Shown piece by piece: positions 18,036 to 27,051 of a stretch of 64,000 nucleotides of DNA. The DNA is from Syntrophaceae bacterium (GTDB lineage Bacteria; Desulfobacterota; BSN033; UBA1163): NCBI GenBank assembly GCA_013388645.1, contig JACAEV010000140.1, positions 9,700 through 73,699 on the forward strand. Reading direction: 5' to 3'. The stretch's first letter is position 1. Each line of letters opens with the position of its first letter. Made by a program: the position numbers and the translations under genes. Under the pieces are notes generated by a model. That model ran no database searches. It saw nothing but the letters and a program-made list of their open reading frames with translations, and was not told the origin of the DNA.

Positions 18036-19763
18036 TTGAATACAAATCATGAACCATCTTCCGAGTATGTGATTCCCATCTCCTTTGGAAGTACGGAAAT
18101 CATTGAAACAGGGAATTGGGGTTTTCTCAAACCTCAAACTTCCTTCATGACCGCTCCTTGCCAGGAGTCCTGCCCTGCAGGAAACCCCATTCCGCAATTT
18201 CTATACTTGGCAACTGATGGCCGATATCACGAAGCGCTTCAAATCCTTTTAAGAGAGAACCCTTTCCCTGGAGTATGCGGAAGGGTCTGTTTTCATCCCT
18301 GTGAGACCGACTGCAACCGAGCTCAGTATGATGAACCCGTTTCTATTCGTTCGATGGAAAGATATGTATCGGATGTAGCGGCGAATCAGCCTTTGAATCT
18401 TAAACCCGTCAGGAATGAGGGTTCAAAAAGGGTGGCTATTGTGGGGGCTGGTCCGGCAGGACTTTCATGCGCCTATTTCCTCTCTCTCTTAGGTCACCCA
18501 AGCACGATTTTTGAGAGCCAGAAGGAGCCAGGTGGAGTGATGCGCTGGGGAATTCCTGGATATCGCCTGCCGAAATCTATATTGAGAAAAGAGATTCAGA
18601 GGATTCTTTGTCTTCCCATTCAGATTAAGACGAATATCATTGTGGGCGAAGATATTTCTTTTGATGAATTAACTCAATTTGACGCTGTTTTTCTCTCTCC
18701 AGGGGCGGGGTTAAATACTTCCCTCTCTATTGAGGGAGAAGATTTGAAACAGGTTTGGATGGGTCAGGATTTTTTAGGGCGAATTAATTCAAAAGAGAAA
18801 GTCACTTTAGGAAAAGAATGTATTGTGATCGGAGGCGGCAATACCGCGATGGATGTTGCCCGGTCTGCCCTGCGTCTCGGTTCCAAAGTGACGGTCGCTT
18901 ATCGAAGAACCAAAGGGGAAATGCCAGCGATTCGGGATGAGATCATTGAGGCAGAGGAAGAAGGAGTCCGATTTGAATTCCTGATTCAACCTGTGAAAAT
19001 AAACCGTCTCCAAAATAAAAAGTTGGCTGTAACATTCCAGCGAATGAAGCTTAGCGGTCTGGATCCAAGCGGCCGACCTAAACCGATCCCAGTGAAAAGA
19101 AAATTTATCACCATGGAAACGGATCAACTGATCACTGCGGTGGGTGAACAGGTCGATCTTTCATGGATTCCTCAGGATCTTATTAAGAATGGTTTGATTG
19201 AAGGGAATCCCTCTTCTAAGATATTCGGAGGGGGAGATGCTATTGACCAGCCGCGGACAGTCGTCCACGCTATTTCTTCGGGGAAAAAAGCTGCCATTTC
19301 CATTGACCTTTGTTTGAGGGGGGAGTCGGTGAATCAGGTTTTTTCTAAAATTAAGGTTGGAAATAAAGGCGCTGTTTCGATGGGGGCTTATCTTAAAGGA
19401 AGAGAGGATGGAGAATGGCCGGAGGAACAACGGATCATCACCTATGAGCAGATCAATACCCTCTACTTTGAATCCAGCAGAAGAGTGAGGATGCGAAAGC
19501 GAAGCGATGATAAAAGGCTAAAAGGTTTTTCAGAGGTCAATTTAAGTTTTACTTCAAAAGAAGCCCATTTTTCAGCTTCGAGATGCTTTTCCTGCGGTAC
19601 GTGTAATTATTGTTACAACTGCTATTTTTTCTGTCCGGAGGGAGTGATTTCCCTCGATCCTGTTCAGAGAAGAAGAATCGTTGACTTTGAACACTGCAAA
19701 GGGTGTGGAACCTGTGCCAAGGTCTGCCCAAAGAGTGTTGTGGTGATGAAGGAAGTCGGTTAG
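18036..19763 (+). CDS. GltD/SudA-like NAD(P)H-dependent Fe-S flavoprotein fused to a PorD-type 2x[4Fe-4S] ferredoxin domain (occupies the delta-subunit position)
   Basis: N-terminal CQESCP...CGRVCFHPCETDC Cys cluster like glutamate synthase small subunit. VAIVGAGPAGLSCAYFL and IVIGGGNTAMDVA dinucleotide folds. C-terminal CFSCGTCNYCYNCYFFCP and CKGCGTCAKVCP ferredoxin motifs. Confidence 0.75.
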   Translation: MNTNHEPSSEYVIPISFGSTEIIETGNWGFLKPQTSFMTAPCQESCPAGNPIPQFLYLATDGRYHEALQILLRENPFPGVCGRVCFHPCETDCNRAQYDEPVSIRSMERYVSDVAANQPLNLKPVRNEGSKRVAIVGAGPAGLSCAYFLSLLGHPSTIFESQKEPGGVMRWGIPGYRLPKSILRKEIQRILCLPIQIKTNIIVGEDISFDELTQFDAVFLSPGAGLNTSLSIEGEDLKQVWMGQDFLGRINSKEKVTLGKECIVIGGGNTAMDVARSALRLGSKVTVAYRRTKGEMPAIRDEIIEAEEEGVRFEFLIQPVKINRLQNKKLAVTFQRMKLSGLDPSGRPKPIPVKRKFITMETDQLITAVGEQVDLSWIPQDLIKNGLIEGNPSSKIFGGGDAIDQPRTVVHAISSGKKAAISIDLCLRGESVNQVFSKIKVGNKGAVSMGAYLKGREDGEWPEEQRIITYEQINTLYFESSRRVRMRKRSDDKRLKGFSEVNLSFTSKEAHFSASRCFSCGTCNYCYNCYFFCPEGVISLDPVQRRRIVDFEHCKGCGTCAKVCPKSVVVMKEVG

Positions 19764-19830
19764 AAATGTTTAATCCGTTCTGCAGTGCTGCGGTACTGCA
19801 GTCATGCTGTGTATAAGTGAAGGAATAAGT

Positions 19831-20979
19831 ATGAAAGATTTTCTAACCGGAAATCATGCGGTGGCCCATGCAGTTAAACTTTGTCGGACCCCCCTGATCG
19901 CAGCTTACCCGATTACTCCTCAGACGGCCATCTACGAGAAACTTTCTGAATGGGAGGCATCGGGTGTGTTGAAGGGAATCATGATGCGGACAGAATCCGA
20001 ACATTCCGCAATGGCCTCCTGTATCGCGGCCTCCTTAACTGGAGTGAGGACCTTTACTGCTACTTCCTCTCAAGGGATTGCCCTCATGCATGAGATGCTT
20101 CATTTTGCTGCTGGCTGTCGTGCTCCAGTGGTTATGGCCAATGTCAATCGACTCTTGGCCGCTCCATGGGGATTCTGGGCTGACCAGTTAGATAGCCTTT
20201 CTCAGAGAGATACAGGATGGATTCAGTTTTACTGTGAAAATGGTCAGGAAGCCCTCGATACGGTCATTCAGTCTTACAAAATTGCGGAACAGGTTTATCT
20301 TCCAGCGATGGTTTCTCTGGAAGCCTTCTTTGTCTCCCATTTTATGGAGCCTGTGGACATTCCAGAACAGGAACAAGTCGATCGATTCCTTCCCCCTCTG
20401 GACCTTCCGCATAAGTTCGATATTGATAAGCCCGGATTTTTCGTCCCGGTGGTTTCGTCCGAATTATATCGGAAATATAAACATATGGCTCAGGAGTCCA
20501 TGGACTCTGTGAAAGAGATTGCCGTGAAAGTCGATCAAGAATTTAAGGAGGAATTTGGACGGGGTTATGGGATGATTGAGTCGGTTGCGCTGGAAGATGC
20601 GGAGGTAGCTCTTGTGACAGCGGGATCGATTACAAGCACAGCGAGGCTGGCCATAAAAAATCTTCGTAAACAAGGGAACAAGGTTGGCTTACTAAAGGTG
20701 CGCCTCTTTAGACCTTTTCCTGTGGAGGCAATTCAAGTGGCCCTAAAAGGGAAGAAAAAAATCGCAATCATTGATCGAAACCTCTCTCTTGGAAGCGGTG
20801 GGATATTCTGCCAAGAGTTGAGAGCAACTTTGATTCACTCTCCTGACCACCCCCTTACCTATAGTTATATTGCTGGAATAGGGGGGACAGATGTGACCCC
20901 TGAAGTCATTCAAAAAATTGCTATGGAAGTGATGAGTCGAACGGAACCAGTAGACAAGCCGATGTGGGTTATGGAATAG
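19831..20979 (+). CDS. 2-oxoacid:ferredoxin oxidoreductase alpha subunit
   Basis: LTGNHAVAHAVKLCRTPLIAAYPITPQT and the TESEHSAMASCIAASLTG motif. Start set at ATG 19831 (MKDFLTGN), in frame with the track ORF. Confidence 0.85.
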   Translation: MKDFLTGNHAVAHAVKLCRTPLIAAYPITPQTAIYEKLSEWEASGVLKGIMMRTESEHSAMASCIAASLTGVRTFTATSSQGIALMHEMLHFAAGCRAPVVMANVNRLLAAPWGFWADQLDSLSQRDTGWIQFYCENGQEALDTVIQSYKIAEQVYLPAMVSLEAFFVSHFMEPVDIPEQEQVDRFLPPLDLPHKFDIDKPGFFVPVVSSELYRKYKHMAQESMDSVKEIAVKVDQEFKEEFGRGYGMIESVALEDAEVALVTAGSITSTARLAIKNLRKQGNKVGLLKVRLFRPFPVEAIQVALKGKKKIAIIDRNLSLGSGGIFCQELRATLIHSPDHPLTYSYIAGIGGTDVTPEVIQKIAMEVMSRTEPVDKPMWVME

Positions 20980-20994
20980 TAGTGAATTACAGAA

Positions 20995-21110
20995 ACAAAT
21001 CCAAAACTCAAAAGGTTATATAGTTTTGAGTTTTGACGTTTGAATATTTGAGTTTGTTTAGAGTTTAGGGTTTCGAGTTTAGGGTTTAACTTCTTTGTTT
21101 CGGATTTTTC
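20995..21110. repeat. Intergenic palindromic element family A (tandem heptamers GTTTAGR / YCTAAAC); core 21052..21087
   Basis: The 36-nt core gtttgtttagagtttagggtttcgagtttagggttt is repeated with one mismatch at 50238..50273. A flanking 12-bp perfect hairpin caaaactcaaaa/ttttgagttttg lies just after the alpha-subunit stop. Confidence 0.7.
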
Positions 21111-21118
21111 GATAACTT

Positions 21119-22036
21119 ATGTTACCAGGCTGTGAGAGACGTATGATTCAACCAGAGCAACAACCCAACTTACTTCGGTCGGGTCATGCAGCCTGTGCGG
21201 GTTGCGGACTTGCTATCGGCATGAAACTGGTGCTTCAAGCCATGGGACCTCGAACCATAGCGGTGATTGTTCCATCCTGTGAAGGAGCTATCGGAGGAGT
21301 ATATCCTTATACTTCTTATGGGGTCCCGACCATCCATTCTGCTTTTGAAATTGCCGCTCCCACTGCAGCCGGGATCGCTAATGCCTTAAAAATTCAAGGA
21401 AGGGATGATATTCAAGTGTTGGCTTTTGCTGGAGATGGCGGAACGTTTGATATTGGTTTAGCATCTCTTTCAGGGGCAACCAAAAATAACGAGGATATCA
21501 TTTATGTCTGTCTCGATAACGAGGCCTACATGAATACCGGAATTCAGGTCAGCTCTGCCACTCCTTCCTATGCGTGGACAGGGACAACCCCCGAAGGGAA
21601 CCCCCGACGAAAGAAGAATATCATGGAGATCATGGCTGCCCATTACAATCCTTATTCAGCGACGGCGACGATCGGTTTTCCCCGCGATCTCCAGCAAAAA
21701 ATTACTAAAGCAAAAAACATCCGGGGGACAAAATTCATTCATCTGCTTGTCCCTTGCCCAACGGGTTGGAGGACACCATCCGACATTTCCCCTGAATTAT
21801 CCATTCTCGCTGTGGAGACGAAGGTTTTTCCCCTTTATGAGGTGGAAGATGGGAAGAGATATACCATCAACTATGAACCACGCCATCTCCCTATCCAGGA
21901 ATACCTTGTGAAACAGGGAAGATTTAGACATTTAAAGGAGGAGCAGATTAGAAAGATTCAAAGAGATGTGGATGAGGAGTGGGAGAAATTAAAACAAAGA
22001 GCAAGACCTTCCCCAAAAACAAGGGCTTTTAGTTAA
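21119..22036 (+). CDS. 2-oxoacid:ferredoxin oxidoreductase beta subunit (TPP-binding)
   Basis: GCGLAIGMKLV...AFAGDGGTFDIGLASLSGA...CLDNEAYMNTG thiamine-diphosphate-binding motifs. Confidence 0.85.
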   Translation: MLPGCERRMIQPEQQPNLLRSGHAACAGCGLAIGMKLVLQAMGPRTIAVIVPSCEGAIGGVYPYTSYGVPTIHSAFEIAAPTAAGIANALKIQGRDDIQVLAFAGDGGTFDIGLASLSGATKNNEDIIYVCLDNEAYMNTGIQVSSATPSYAWTGTTPEGNPRRKKNIMEIMAAHYNPYSATATIGFPRDLQQKITKAKNIRGTKFIHLLVPCPTGWRTPSDISPELSILAVETKVFPLYEVEDGKRYTINYEPRHLPIQEYLVKQGRFRHLKEEQIRKIQRDVDEEWEKLKQRARPSPKTRAFS

Positions 22037-22396
22037 GGTCAAGAAGCCAATGGTATACAAGGAACGACGAACAAAGAACGATAAACAGAGAGTATGAAGC
22101 AGTAGTTCTCGATCATCGTTTAACGTTCGATATGCCTTAAGGAAGCTTAAATCCTCAGTGATTGTTTCAAATAATACAAAGGAACGCTAATGCTTTTGGA
22201 AAAGGAGAGATTTTTAAAAAATTATTTTAAAATCCCCCGTTATTCCCTTTTGCCAAAGGAGGATAAGAAAGCCAATAACCAGGGATTACCAGGAAGCGAA
22301 TGTTTTATTGACCAGAAGTGGAAACACAAGGGGTTGGGTTTAGAGGTTGACCAGCCACAACGACCTCATTTACAACCCCATTGAAGAGAGGTGACC

Positions 22397-23068
22397 ATGA
22401 GAAAAATATTTTTTGTTTTAATGGTTTTCCTAACGATGGCATGGAATATCGCTGTGGCTGCTGAGAGGGACGTGGAGATTCAGGGAAAGACATTAACCTC
22501 AAAGAAACCACCCTTCGCTATCACCTTACCTGGCGCATTTAACCTCGCTCATTCTTCTTCATACGAAAATCCCAGAGAGAACTCTCTGACCCGTGTCTTT
22601 TTCCTCGTGAATGCAAAAGAGAAGCAGGTTGAAGAGATGCTCATCCTTCAGATTGCAGATAAAACGAATCCCCAAGCAGACCCAATGACCGTGCCCCCAT
22701 TGAAGCCTTATGCAGAGAAAAGATTGTATTCGAAAGGAAAAGTGAAAAAGGGAGAATTAGAGGTCGATTACCTGATTCAACTTATGGCATGGAATCCTGA
22801 GGCCCCTTCGCTTCAACCCATTTTGAAAAAAGGGTTCATCATTTCACCCATCTGGGCTCTTCAAGGACAATTTCTATTTCTTTATCAGGGAGAGCATGCT
22901 GCCTACTTCAGGTATTCAAAGAATATCAATTCCTTTGGGACAAAGGTCTCAGAAAAAGGAGAGGATTGGGGAAAAGAGATCATCAAAGGAAATGAAAAGA
23001 GAGTCTACGAAACTTTTCAAAAAATGTTTTTGGAAATGATCCATTCTATTCAAATAAAAAACCTATAG
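22397..23068 (+). CDS. Secreted hypothetical protein (signal peptide)
   Basis: MRKIFFVLMVFLTMAWNIAVAAE N-terminal signal. RBS AGAGAGGTG precedes ATG 22397. No recognisable domain. Confidence 0.45.
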   Translation: MRKIFFVLMVFLTMAWNIAVAAERDVEIQGKTLTSKKPPFAITLPGAFNLAHSSSYENPRENSLTRVFFLVNAKEKQVEEMLILQIADKTNPQADPMTVPPLKPYAEKRLYSKGKVKKGELEVDYLIQLMAWNPEAPSLQPILKKGFIISPIWALQGQFLFLYQGEHAAYFRYSKNINSFGTKVSEKGEDWGKEIIKGNEKRVYETFQKMFLEMIHSIQIKNL

Positions 23069-23160
23069 GAGTAAATCCAAAAGGGTAATTTAATGGAGTC
23101 TGGAACCTTGGAGTGATGGAATAATGAGGAAAGAGCAAAAACAGATGGAGGTTATAGCCG

Positions 23161-24075
23161 TTGCAGAAGATCTTTTCGATGAAAGAGGCTGTCTTACGGT
23201 TCGTTGAGGACGGCGACTCCATTGTCATGGGTGCCGCCTTAGAGGCAGCCATACCATTTGCCTTCGGACATGAAATCATCCGACAGGAGAAAAAGAATCT
23301 TACCCTGGTTGGACCTATTTCCGATATGCTCTTTGATCAAATGATCGGTTCTGGATGTATTCATAAGGTGGCGGCTGCATGGATTGGAAATGTAATCATG
23401 GGTGTTGGATATAACATGAGAAGGGCTGTTGAGGAAGGCATTCCCAGGAAAGTGGAGGTAGATGATTATACGAATTTTACCATTTCATTAGCTCTTCATG
23501 CAGGAGCCCTCGGTATCCCTTTTATTCCAACAAAAAGCCTTTTAGGCACAGGGATGATGTCAGGAAGAATGCCATTCCAGGAGATGGATTGTCCTTATAC
23601 AAAAGAAAAACTCGCTTTAGTCCCAGCCCTAAACCCCGATGTAGCAGTTGTCCAAGCACAAAGAGCAGATGAGGAAGGAAATACACATTATTGGGGCGGA
23701 AGCGGTGTGACGAAAGAAGCCGCCCTTTCTGCTCGCAAGGTGATCGTGGTAACGGAAGAAGTTGTAAGTAAAAAAGTGATTCGGCGAGACCCGAATCGAA
23801 CCCTCATCCCCGGGTTTTTGGTCCATGCTGTTATTCATGAACCTTGGGGAGCGCATCCGTCTCCCATGCAGGGTTATTATAATCGAGATCATGAAAAATA
23901 TATGAGCTATTATCAAGAATCTAAGGAAAGAGAGGGATATCTGAGATGGCTTGATAAATGGGTCTTTGGTGTGAAAGACAGAGGAGAATATCTCAAGCTT
24001 TTAGGTGAAGAGAAGATGAAATCACTTTTAATCAAGCGCCGCAGAAAATCACTGACGGTGGATTATGGATACTAA
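23161..24075 (+). CDS. Class I CoA-transferase subunit A (glutaconate/3-oxoacid CoA-transferase alpha-like)
   Basis: AVLRFVEDGDSIVMGAALEAAIPFAFGHEIIRQ and VAAAWIGNV motifs typical of AtoD/GctA-type alpha subunits. Confidence 0.75.
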   Translation: MQKIFSMKEAVLRFVEDGDSIVMGAALEAAIPFAFGHEIIRQEKKNLTLVGPISDMLFDQMIGSGCIHKVAAAWIGNVIMGVGYNMRRAVEEGIPRKVEVDDYTNFTISLALHAGALGIPFIPTKSLLGTGMMSGRMPFQEMDCPYTKEKLALVPALNPDVAVVQAQRADEEGNTHYWGGSGVTKEAALSARKVIVVTEEVVSKKVIRRDPNRTLIPGFLVHAVIHEPWGAHPSPMQGYYNRDHEKYMSYYQESKEREGYLRWLDKWVFGVKDRGEYLKLLGEEKMKSLLIKRRRKSLTVDYGY

Positions 24076-24084
24076 AAAAGTGGA

Positions 24085-24175
24085 AAATTGGAATGATGGA
24101 TTGTTGGAATGCTGGGTAAATAAGGGAACATTTTGGTTTTCATATCATTCCAGTATTCCATTATTCCTGATCATA
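24085..24175. repeat. Intergenic palindromic element family B (GGAATRNTGG / CCANYATTCC units)
   Basis: Imperfect hairpin ggaatgatggattgttggaatgctgg ... catatcattccagtattccattattcc. A second copy lies at 46125..46235 and a half-copy around 23100..23135. Confidence 0.6.
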
Positions 24176-24177
24176 TT

Positions 24178-24990
24178 ATGATCGAGTGTGATCGAAGTGG
24201 AGAGCCCAACTTGCGAGCGGCTGATTACACAATGCAGGAACTAATGGTGGTGGCTGGGGCGCGGGAAATTCGCGACGACGATGTGGTCTTTGTGGGGATG
24301 AGACTTCCGCTTTTAGCTTTCCAATTGGCTAAGGCCACTCACGCTCCTCATGCCATCGGGATCTTTGAAAACGGAATTTTAAGAGATAAACCAGCAGGCG
24401 ATGCCCTTTACACGATGGGAGATACCCCCAATATTGAAGGTGCAATTTGGACCACTTCGATGATGGACATCATGTCCCTTTTACAAAGCGGAAAAGTAAG
24501 TTTAGGTTTTATTGGTGGTGCGGAGGTAGACCGTTTCGGCAATCTTAATACTACTTACATTGGAGGAAAAGAAAGGGTTAGAATTCGACTTCCAGGAAGT
24601 GGAGGGGGAAGCGACATCGCTTCGCTTGCTGGAAGGGTGATCATCATGATGAGCCATGAGAGGCGACGGTTTGTGGAGAGAGTCAGTTATATTACCTCCC
24701 CTGGCTTTGGGGACGGTGAGAATTGGAGAGAGAGAAACGGTTTGAAGGGAGGAGGGCCATGTGCTGTCATTACAACCAAGGGAATATTGAGATTTGATTC
24801 TAAAACAAAAGAGATGGTTCTTGACTCGGTTCACCCAGGAGTCATAGTGGAGGAAGTCCTTGAAAATACCGGATGGAATTTAAATTATAAATCAAGAATT
24901 AAAGAAACAGACCCACCTACACGGTTGGAACTTCGAACGATAAGAAGATTTGATCCAACTGGTTTTTGGACAAGAAACGGCATGAAGTGA
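24178..24990 (+). CDS. Class I CoA-transferase subunit B (GctB-like)
   Basis: AADYT...GMRLPLLAFQLAK, GFIGGAEVDRFGNLNTTYIGG, LPGSGGGSDIASLAGRVIIMMSHERRRF. The track start 24133 lies inside the palindromic element; ATG 24178 (or 24232) is the likely start. Confidence 0.75.
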   Translation: MIECDRSGEPNLRAADYTMQELMVVAGAREIRDDDVVFVGMRLPLLAFQLAKATHAPHAIGIFENGILRDKPAGDALYTMGDTPNIEGAIWTTSMMDIMSLLQSGKVSLGFIGGAEVDRFGNLNTTYIGGKERVRIRLPGSGGGSDIASLAGRVIIMMSHERRRFVERVSYITSPGFGDGENWRERNGLKGGGPCAVITTKGILRFDSKTKEMVLDSVHPGVIVEEVLENTGWNLNYKSRIKETDPPTRLELRTIRRFDPTGFWTRNGMK

Positions 24991-25158
24991 TAATTTTTTA
25001 ACCACGCCTTAAAAAATTTTAAATTTTCTGTTTTTTAAATCAAATTCACTCTTAAAAAAATAATCTAATAATTTCAATAGGTTAATTTGATTCAGCAAAT
25101 TATAAAATTTGTGCCAATTTTTGGCAATTATTTTGCATAATTCTTATTCGAGGTTTTT

Positions 25159-25950
25159 ATGTCCGAGATATTCCTTGGAGACCTTGCCCAAGTAAAGCTT
25201 TTTGACATCCTAAAACCCTTATTGATGGGGAAAAAAACGGGTAAATTGTCCTTCAGGGGCAAGGAGAATGGTGAAATGTACTTAGAATCGGGTAACATTG
25301 TTCATGCAAAAGCCCCTGATTCTTCAGGAGAATATGGTTTTTTTACCCTTATGGGATGGAAGGCGGGGAGAATATCATTCGAACCGGACGAACCCCCACC
25401 GGAGAAAACCATTCCAATCCCCTCTGAACAGTTACTGTTAAATTGGTCTACAAAAAAGATAGAATGGGAGAGGATTCGAGAGATCATTCATTCTAACAAT
25501 GCTGTTTTTTCGCTTTCTTCTCAGAATAATGGAGAAAGCAAGACGATCAGTGCCGATCAGTGGAGCGTATTGGTTTTATCGAATGGATCAAGGAATGTTT
25601 CAGAAATTGCCAAAACGCTTAATTGGGATGAGTTCAAGGTCATCCGGACCATTTATAAACTTGTCCAAGCAGGGTTATTGGAGCAAGCGGGAGAACCAAA
25701 ACCGGTAAAGAAAAAATTGGTGCGGGAAACTTTTTTCTCACTCATTGAGAATGAATTGCGAAAAGTCATGGGAGCTGTTTCTCCCTTCGTGGTGGAGGAT
25801 AAACTCGTTGAATTCGGAGAGAAGAGGGATTCCTTTCCCCAAGAGAAATTATTATCTTTTGTGGAAGCCTTAGGGGAGGAGATCCCTCAGGACGATAGAA
25901 GAAAAGAATTTAAGAAGGCGGTCATGGAATTTTTCTCAAGCGAAAAATAA
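25159..25950 (+). CDS. DUF4388 (PATAN-like) domain protein
   Basis: LAQVKLFDILKPLLMGKKTGKLSFRGKENGEMYLESGNIVHA matches the DUF4388/PatA-N-terminal signature. Confidence 0.55.
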   Translation: MSEIFLGDLAQVKLFDILKPLLMGKKTGKLSFRGKENGEMYLESGNIVHAKAPDSSGEYGFFTLMGWKAGRISFEPDEPPPEKTIPIPSEQLLLNWSTKKIEWERIREIIHSNNAVFSLSSQNNGESKTISADQWSVLVLSNGSRNVSEIAKTLNWDEFKVIRTIYKLVQAGLLEQAGEPKPVKKKLVRETFFSLIENELRKVMGAVSPFVVEDKLVEFGEKRDSFPQEKLLSFVEALGEEIPQDDRRKEFKKAVMEFFSSEK

Positions 25951-26000
25951 AATATTTTTAGAATCTGTCCACTGGACAGGGAATTTAAAAGGAGGGATTT

Positions 26001-26957
26001 ATGGCAGTTAAAAAGAAAAGTGGATTGGGTCTGCTACCAAAATTATTGATCGGGACCTTAATTCCGATTTTGGTAGCCTTTTTAGTGATCTGGGTGATCG
26101 TCTTTTCCAGTATCCGTATAGGAAATTTTCAGATTACGAGCGTCAAGGACATCGGCTCTGAGAGCCTGAAGGAACTCAGTACTACCTCTTTAAGAGAGTC
26201 TAAGGCCTCATTGGATAAGTTGGGAGAGAAAATCATTAAGGAGAAGGCCATCGATGTGGCGACACAAATTGAGATTTTTATAAAATCCCATCCCAAGATG
26301 AAACGGGAGGATTTATTGAAGGATCCGTGGTTAAAGTCTATTGCTGTCCAAAAAGTGGGAGAGACAGGCTATACAGCGGTCCATGATAACAACGGCATTA
26401 ACCACTTCCATGTGAATCCCCAAATCGTCGGAACAGATTTGCATGATCTCTCTGCAAAACTCCCTGCATTTTGGAAGATTCTGGAAGCGAGCCTCAAGGG
26501 GCCTGCTTCGGGTTATTATGACTGGAAAGATGCGGATGGAAAAATTCGGCCCAAGTATATGTATCTGTCTCCTGTTAAAGATACCGATCTGATCGTGGCA
26601 GCGACCACCTATATTGATGAGTTTTCAAGACCTGCCAAAGCTTTCGAAGGAAAAATAAAACAGATTGAAGGCAGATATTTGGATGCTTATGAGAGCCGAA
26701 TTAAAATATTCTACATCATTATTTTATTTGTTCTTCTTATTTTGTTGGTAAGAATCTATTTCTATGCACGTTCAGTCGTCCATCCCATTCGATATCTTTC
26801 AGAGGTGGCCAATAAAATTAGTATGGGAGAACTGGACACGCCCGTCCAGATTAAGCAGAAAGGGGAAGTCGGTACTTTGGCTGAGTCGATCGAACGTATG
26901 CAGACCAGTGTCAAGGCGGCCATCGAGCGACTGCAGAAAAGGAGAGAGGCCAAATAA
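26001..26957 (+). CDS. Membrane sensor-like protein: TM, periplasmic domain, TM, HAMP; no output domain
   Basis: Two hydrophobic segments flank a ~200-aa extracytoplasmic region. The C-terminal HPIRYLSEVANKISMGELDTPVQIKQKGEVGTLAESIERMQ is a HAMP domain. Confidence 0.5.
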   Translation: MAVKKKSGLGLLPKLLIGTLIPILVAFLVIWVIVFSSIRIGNFQITSVKDIGSESLKELSTTSLRESKASLDKLGEKIIKEKAIDVATQIEIFIKSHPKMKREDLLKDPWLKSIAVQKVGETGYTAVHDNNGINHFHVNPQIVGTDLHDLSAKLPAFWKILEASLKGPASGYYDWKDADGKIRPKYMYLSPVKDTDLIVAATTYIDEFSRPAKAFEGKIKQIEGRYLDAYESRIKIFYIIILFVLLILLVRIYFYARSVVHPIRYLSEVANKISMGELDTPVQIKQKGEVGTLAESIERMQTSVKAAIERLQKRREAK

Positions 26958-27051
26958 GAATGGAGTTTTTAACCTCGAAGTTTTTAAGTTGGGTGATTTT
27001 CAAAAACTCTGAACTACGAACTCATCACTCCGAACTTATAAGGGGGAAGCC

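Noticed and set aside
20995-21110. Possible CRISPR array from the short tandem repeats
   Set aside because: The units are 7-8 nt, degenerate and arranged as palindromes with no unique spacers of 25-40 nt. No cas genes are present. I treat them as REP/MITE-like intergenic elements instead.
22190-22384. 64-aa plus-strand ORF between the beta subunit gene and the secreted-protein gene
   Set aside because: It lies in repeat-rich intergenic DNA containing heptamer-type palindromes, and its translation is low-complexity. I treat it as non-coding.
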